A DNA stretch of 24,511 nucleotides from a virus (lineage: Duplodnaviria > Caudoviricetes): IMG/VR virus record IMGVR_UViG_3300009442_000037, positions 1 through 24,511 of that record; one strand, 5' to 3'. The position numbers and the translations under genes are program-made. Position 1 is the stretch's first letter, and each line of letters starts with the position of its first letter. This document shows, in pieces, positions 1 through 5,200 of the stretch. The notes beneath the pieces are model-generated. The model made no database searches and was not told the origin of the DNA. It was given only the letters and a program-made list of their open reading frames with translations.

Positions 1-1
1 G

Positions 2-274
2 GACGAGCCAGTTAAGAACGTGTTTAAAACGTTTAAAGAAATTAACCAACTGGAATTAGTAAGGCAAGCCGGAATACGGCAGCAGTACATTGACCAATCG
101 GTTAGTTTAAATTTAGCATTCCCAAGTGAGGCTACTCCAAAATGGATTAACAAAGTCCATATGGAAGCTTGGAAGCAAGGCGTTAAAACCTTGTATTACA
201 CGAGGACGGAATCAGTGCTGCGGGGTGATTTAGCTGCAGCTGCAATGGATGATTGCGTTGCTTGTGATGGTTAA
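2..274 (+). CDS. nrdA: Ribonucleoside-diphosphate reductase class Ia alpha subunit, C-terminal part (5'-truncated by window edge)
   Basis: The frame is open from position 2 (DEPVKNVFKTFKEINQ...). It contains RQQYIDQSVSLN, the GVKTLYY radical-transfer tyrosine pair and a C-terminal CxxC (CVACDG), all typical of NrdA. Confidence 0.93.
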   Translation, partial: DEPVKNVFKTFKEINQLELVRQAGIRQQYIDQSVSLNLAFPSEATPKWINKVHMEAWKQGVKTLYYTRTESVLRGDLAAAAMDDCVACDG

Positions 275-312
275 AAAAATAAAGGGGATCCGTAATTGGG
301 TCCCCTTTTTTC
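275..312. terminator. Bidirectional rho-independent terminator between convergent nrdA and the late operon
   Basis: Stem AAAGGGGATCC (281-291), loop GTAATT, stem GGGTCCCCTTT (298-308). There is a T-run after the hairpin and an A-run before it. Confidence 0.88.
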
Positions 313-332
313 ATTTTGTTTTTATTTTGTTT

Positions 333-728
333 TTAACCTTTGTTTATTTCATTTTTGTAACTAGACCGCGATAAATCACGCACGGAATCATATATACCTT
401 TTGTTTTTGCAACTTTTCGCATATCATTCAAAGACATGTTATTAGTGCCATAGTTATTTTTTTGCAAAGCCTCACGCAAATGTTTAGTTTCAGTGCTTTC
501 TAAAACTTGTTTTGCGGTTTTTTTCTTCCCATAATCTTTATTTGAGGGAGCGGATTGATTGCCAGCCGCCGCCATTTGCTTCGTCTCTTTTGAAGTGTAG
601 GTGCGCTCCGTTGGCGACATTTCAGAAGGTACAATACGCTTAGCTTGTTTAGCCGGTGATTTAGTGCCGTACATTTTTGCTGGTGATTTAGACGCTCCTA
701 AACCACGTGGTCCAATTCCTTTTTTCAT
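333..728 (-). CDS. Small basic hypothetical protein (131 aa) with two SPAK motifs and a C-terminal Rho_N/HeH-like helix
   Basis: The ORF overlaps the upstream gene by ATGA (725-728). It is Lys-rich and contains KSPAKMYGTKSPAKQ and NNMSLNDMRKVAKTKGI. Confidence 0.75.
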   Translation of the reverse strand: MKKGIGPRGLGASKSPAKMYGTKSPAKQAKRIVPSEMSPTERTYTSKETKQMAAAGNQSAPSNKDYGKKKTAKQVLESTETKHLREALQKNNYGTNNMSLNDMRKVAKTKGIYDSVRDLSRSSYKNEINKG

Positions 729-1006
729 TTCTTTTTGTTTTTCTTTAGTTCTGATCTATCGTATTTCGATACTCTACCTTTAGTTTTCTTTTCATTTCTA
801 CCTGCCGCTATATCGGAAGGGCTAAGCTCACCGTAAGTTTTAGGAGTGTCTTTACTGACCTTCTTTGTAGGCCTGAACACAACATCGCCGTCACTGTAGT
901 CTTTACTACCACCGGGTGTTTCCCACTCTTCTTTAAACCAACGTTTAAGAGCTAAACCTTCTTTAGTCTTTCTGACTTTTTTGAACGGTGAGTTTTGTTT
1001 ATACAT
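725..1006 (-). CDS. Small basic hypothetical protein (93 aa), LKRWFKEEW...RPTKKVSKDTPKT family (DUF5872-like, from memory)
   Basis: The ORF is coupled by TAATG at 1004-1008 and begins MYKQNSPFKK. It carries a conserved-looking L-x-RWFKE-x-W motif recalled from phage and giant-virus hypothetical proteins. Confidence 0.8.
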   Translation of the reverse strand: MYKQNSPFKKVRKTKEGLALKRWFKEEWETPGGSKDYSDGDVVFRPTKKVSKDTPKTYGELSPSDIAAGRNEKKTKGRVSKYDRSELKKNKKK

Positions 1007-1149
1007 TACTTTTTCTTTTTCCCCTTATTTTTTCTGCACTTTGCAATAGCGCCAGACGCGTATGCCGATGGGAATACGTCGTATTGTGCTTTTACCTTAT
1101 GGTAACATGCATCTTTAAGTTTAAAGGGTGATAACATCTTAAACGCCAT
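1006..1149 (-). CDS. Small basic protein (47 aa) with DACYHKVK...PSAYASG..AKCRK motif; not in the supplied ORF track
   Basis: Manual translation: MAFKMLSPFKLKDACYHKVKAQYDVFPSAYASGAIAKCRKNKGKKKK*. It exactly fills the gap between its neighbours, with TAATG overlaps at both ends (1147-1151 and 1004-1008). Confidence 0.85.
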   Translation of the reverse strand: MAFKMLSPFKLKDACYHKVKAQYDVFPSAYASGAIAKCRKNKGKKKK

Positions 1150-1571
1150 TACTTGTAACGTTTTTTGTTTGCCTCCTTCATAAACACCTCTTTTTTAGTT
1201 TTAGGCTTTTCTGCTTTAGGCCCAACAGGCGTTTCTGCTTTAGGGCCAACAGGCGTTTCTGGACCCCGGGGTACGTGTTTCTTTCTTGTAGTAACGGATC
1301 CCGGCGAGGTTTGTTTAGCTGGAGACTTAGCGTTGTACTTAGCTTTCTGCTTAGCACGCTTTTCTTTCTTTAGCTCACTGTATGTTTTATCGCTAAACGG
1401 CGCTTCAAGAGCTGATACAAGCTTGTCTACAACTTTTGTACTCCTCCCCATCTCTTTTTCTTTTAAAGACTTTTCGTAAGCGAACTCGCCGGCTGTTGTT
1501 TGTTTTGCTACGGATTCTGGCGCTCCCTTTAATGCTTTAGCTAAAGGCGAACGTGGTTGCTGTTTGTACAT
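1149..1571 (-). CDS. Small basic hypothetical protein (140 aa) with SPLAK/SVAKQ/SPAKQ motifs and a tandem ETPVGPKA repeat
   Basis: The ORF starts 1 nt after the stop of the holin-like gene and ends in a TAATG overlap. It is Lys/Pro-rich. Confidence 0.78.
   Translation of the reverse strand: MYKQQPRSPLAKALKGAPESVAKQTTAGEFAYEKSLKEKEMGRSTKVVDKLVSALEAPFSDKTYSELKKEKRAKQKAKYNAKSPAKQTSPGSVTTRKKHVPRGPETPVGPKAETPVGPKAEKPKTKKEVFMKEANKKRYK
1208..1261. repeat. 24-bp tandem repeat, about 2.25 copies, encoding (ETPVGPKA)x2
   Basis: tttctgctttaggcccaacaggcg (1208-1231), tttctgctttagggccaacaggcg (1232-1255), then tttctg. The single difference is synonymous. Confidence 0.92.
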
Positions 1572-1572
1572 G

Positions 1573-1737
1573 TTATTTGTTTTTGAGTTTTCCTTTTCTT
1601 AAAAAATACCAGCGTTGTGCTGTGTAACCAATTGATATCAATAATAGCATTAGTTTTAACACGGTTTCAACCTGTGCCATACTGATAGTCATTGCCGTTG
1701 TGTTTAATAAAACCAGTTTAACGTCGCTTTCGTTCAT
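1573..1737 (-). CDS. Small membrane protein (54 aa), putative holin; not in the supplied ORF track
   Basis: Manual translation: MNESDVKLVLLNTTAMTISMAQVETVLKLMLLLISIGYTAQRWYFLRKGKLKNK*. It has one or two hydrophobic helices and a basic C-terminal tail, lies directly after the endolysin, and has an A-rich leader (TTTAAAATG). Confidence 0.72.
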   Translation of the reverse strand: MNESDVKLVLLNTTAMTISMAQVETVLKLMLLLISIGYTAQRWYFLRKGKLKNK

Positions 1738-1760
1738 TTTAAATTCGTTTATATCTTGTT

Positions 1761-2171
1761 TTATTTACCGTATTCGGCTCGCACATCAAAGCTAGGGCAC
1801 GCTTTTGCCGCAAATTCATTGTGACCGTGCACTGTTGCTCCGAAAAAAATATCAGTAAGTATAAAAATTAAATTATCTAAAGCATTTTTTTGTTTTTCAG
1901 TTCTTGTGTCTTTAGGTGTTTTACCGTCTTGTTCAACCCCGCCTATATAACATATACCTATACTGCCAGAATTCTGCCCCTTAGTGTGAGCCCCGATTTT
2001 TTCTACAGGTCTACCAGGGTGCACAACGCCATTTAAATCAATAACATAATGATACCCAATGTCTGACCAGCCTCTTTTTAAATGCCAATCTCTAATAGTA
2101 TCTACGCTTATATCTTGGCCTTCTCTAGTAGCCGAGCAGTGTATTATAATTTTTTTTATAGTTCGATCCAT
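1761..2171 (-). CDS. Endolysin, N-acetylmuramoyl-L-alanine amidase (Amidase_2, T7 lysozyme-like)
   Basis: Motifs IIIHCSAT, WHLKRGWSDIGYHYVI, GAHTKGQN..SIGICYIGG and GHNEF..KACPSFDV match the Zn ligands (His, His, Cys) and catalytic Tyr/Lys of T7 lysozyme. Confidence 0.95.
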   Translation of the reverse strand: MDRTIKKIIIHCSATREGQDISVDTIRDWHLKRGWSDIGYHYVIDLNGVVHPGRPVEKIGAHTKGQNSGSIGICYIGGVEQDGKTPKDTRTEKQKNALDNLIFILTDIFFGATVHGHNEFAAKACPSFDVRAEYGK

Positions 2172-2180
2172 AGTATTATG

Positions 2181-2282
2181 TTATGTAATAGCTTTGTTAA
2201 AATAATCGCGCGCTTGCTGGCGGATGTTTAGTGCAATTGACTTTAAATTTTCTAAGTGTTCTATAGCAGGCTCGTTACTTAT
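2181..2282 (-). pseudogene. Relic fragment of a Peptidase M15 (M15_3-type) endolysin N-terminus
   Basis: A start-less open frame reads ISNEPAIEHLENLKSIALNIRQQARDYFNKAIT*. This resembles the GIxNxP..EHLENLK.LA.NIFQP.RDHF.KPI segment that precedes SGYRS in M15_3 endolysins. The catalytic part is absent. Confidence 0.62.
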
Positions 2283-5200
2283 TCATTTTTTTTCTGCGCT
2301 TCTCCTCTGCTTTTGCTCGCTTTAGTTTTGCTTTTTCTAAAGGAGTGAGTTTATCGTAAGCTTCTTGCTTTTCGCGCGATTTCCTTGCTCTAGTTTCTTT
2401 TGCCTTCTTAGTTCCAGCTTCTTTGCGCTCTTTCTTAGCGGCTGCTTTAATAGCTTCAGCGTTTTCCTCTATAGCACCTACATCCCACGTTTTCCAGCCT
2501 AAGGCTAATGCTATACGCTGCCACATTTTGTTACGGGTATCAAAAGCTTCCGACACGGATGTTAGCTCATCAACAACACGGTCCAGTGGTACGTTTACCG
2601 CCGCAGATAAAACATTGCCTAGTATTGACCAGTTGGGTCCTAAGTTTAATCTTCCATCAGCTGTAATCCCCCATCCGCGTTCTTCAATCTCGTCTCTATC
2701 AAATTTCTTTGTTTGGATTGCACTGTAAAGTTTACGTGCTTTAGAGCCAATTGGCGGTGATATACCTAATGCTGCAAGAATAGTATAGGTATGGTCAGCC
2801 ATAAATCCTTTTTCTTCTTGCTTTTCGTATTCTTTAATAAGGTTCTTTACCGTGGAGAATACCGCGCCATACACACCGGACCCTTTAAGCAACGTGTCTA
2901 ACATGCTATTAAGCACACGAGCTATCTTTTGTTCCTCCTTAGCGTTTTTCTTTTCTAATTCAGCGTCGCTTAGTGTTTCGTCTTCATCATCGTCAAACCC
3001 TGGTAGCATAGCGAACAATGCACTTTGTAGTGCGGAGAATATAAAGTTCTGTATTGCGCCGTAGTATGCGATCTTACTCACATTCTCTTTCCAGTCCCCG
3101 CGTCCATTAGCCAAATCTAAGGCAGCCTTTTTCATTAAACGTGTATACTGCAGGGGTGTGTTCTGGAACGCGAACACGAGTCGCCCTAACGTGCTTCTTT
3201 GGACTTGAGAGACCATTGATGGGTCTGAAGATTGCTGTGCTTCATCAGATTTCTTAGCAAAATCGATAAACGCTTGCTCCTCTGCTTGCTTTACAGTTTT
3301 ACCTTCCTTGACGTACTTGTTCACGCGGTTACGATAGAATGTAGCACCACCTGTTGCAATAGCCATACTATCAGCAATCTGCGTTGGTGTAAAACCTAAT
3401 TGTAGTAACTTAGCTAATATAGCTTGAGGGCTGTTCTTACTTGCGTTCGCAACGCTGGCTATCTCATCAGAACTTACGTCCTGCTTAAGTCCGCCACGAC
3501 GTTCCTTAAGTTTATCCGAGTTAAATATCATTGCCCAGTCAGCCCAGTATTGCTTTTGATTAGCAAAGGCTGCGCCGGCTTTCAATATATTATTGTCGGA
3601 CCAGTTAATAAAGTTAGTGAACGATAGCATCTGTAACAATGCTGAACGACGGTTGAAGAACATGATTGCCCCCGTAGAGCCGTTAATCCAGTTTAACCAA
3701 GCATTTACTTGTTTGTTGTTACCAGCATTACGGTTTGTGCCGTTCTTCATGGAGTACAGTGCATCTTCAATAGCTTCGCGGTGTGGCTTACCGTACAGTG
3801 CCTCAATTTTATTTAAGTTATCTTCGGTAAATATCGCGTCAGCATTAGCTATAAACTCTTCTAAATACTTTTTACGCCCAACCTTTTCGGTCATGCTGTT
3901 AAGATCCGATAACAATGTACCAGCTTGCCAGTAATCGCCTGGTTCCATCCATTGGTCTCTGCGAGCAACGACTAGCATAGCTTCACCGAATTCGATTAAC
4001 TCAGGGAATGCCTTAATGGCATCGTCAAGGATCTTCGCGTCTTTTTGTGATAAACCAGGAACTTTAATACCCGCTTTCTTCCATAAATAAGCGCGTAGTG
4101 CTTGGTCGTAAGTAAAACCAGACTTATCAATTTCTTTATTAAGCAATCTGTACTGCTGAGGGAATGCTTTAACAGCTGTTCTAAAGTCACGTTTGATTTG
4201 TTGACGGATACCATCAATAGCTGCAACACCTTTAGCATACGGCGTCATTAGATTATCCTCAAGCCATTTCATGTCTGCTTCACCTTGCTTGCCTTTACCG
4301 GCAAAAGCATAGTTAACTAAACCGCGGAAGTCTTCAACGTTAGGCGCTACAAAGAATTTAAATTTACCTTTGCCTGCACCACGCATTTGAGCCTGTACTT
4401 TAGAAAAAGTTTTAAATGATTCAACACCTGTTTTACGTTCAAGTATATTGTTAAACTCTTTACTTAGCTCTTCCGCTTTTGGCGATTTACTAAATTTAGT
4501 GGCTTCAATTTCTTTAATGTTTTCTTTAGCTTTATTTAAAGCTTCCTGGTTAATAGCCTTGCTAAACTTAATAGAGCTCTCGATAGCAGCGCTTCTTTTG
4601 TCTATCATCTCTTTAGCGGGTACACCATCTATAGTATACACGCTATCGGATCTTTGGCCTAATAATAATATACGCTTATCTTTGTAAGGATTATTTTTAC
4701 CAAAAAAGTCTACGGCATCGAGTGCGTCTTTGTTTTCCATCCACTGGTCGTGGAATCTTAGCTCTTCATTAAGCTTAGAGGAAAATTCAGAATCACTAAG
4801 TTTTTCGTCAAATATAAGCTCTAATATATTAAAACTTGTAGTAGCATTGTCGGCCAAGTGTTCGCCTTTAGGGTGGCCAATCGGCTCTTTAGTTACCGTT
4901 GCATATGTTAGCGATGTAAGTCCTCTAAAACCAGCTTTTAAGTTTGTTTGAATTTGCATTAATTCAACAATAGTTTCCGGTCTTATCTTACCTTCTTTGT
5001 ATAATGAACGTATTGTTTCTATAATATGCTGGTATGCTAGTTTATTAGCTTCGCTTGCCGCCGCTATTTCACCGGAGTACTCGGCTAGCTTGCTTAGCTT
5101 TTCTTTTACAGGCATTTCTTTGTTTAAAATATTTCTAAATATTTTACCCATAATGCCTAAAGAAGAATTAAAAATTCTAATATTTTCAGGTATTAATCCA

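Noticed and set aside
20-22. GTG at 20 and ATG at 24432 as true gene starts
   Set aside because: Both frames stay open to the window edges and encode only C-terminal parts of NrdA and TerL, so the genes are truncated by the window.
1208-1261. 24-bp repeat as a CRISPR or mini-array
   Set aside because: The copies are directly adjacent with no spacers, are in frame within a CDS, and there are no cas genes.
601-1479. + strand ORFs 601-783 and 1165-1479 sharing CLAGDL
   Set aside because: The shared text is simply the antisense reading of KSPAKQ codons in the real minus-strand genes.
2980-2994. DDDED in the giant protein as an RNA polymerase DxDxD motif
   Set aside because: It is part of an acidic low-complexity linker (GFDDDEDETLSD) right after a hydrophobic helix and lacks the DFDGD/DFDID-type context.
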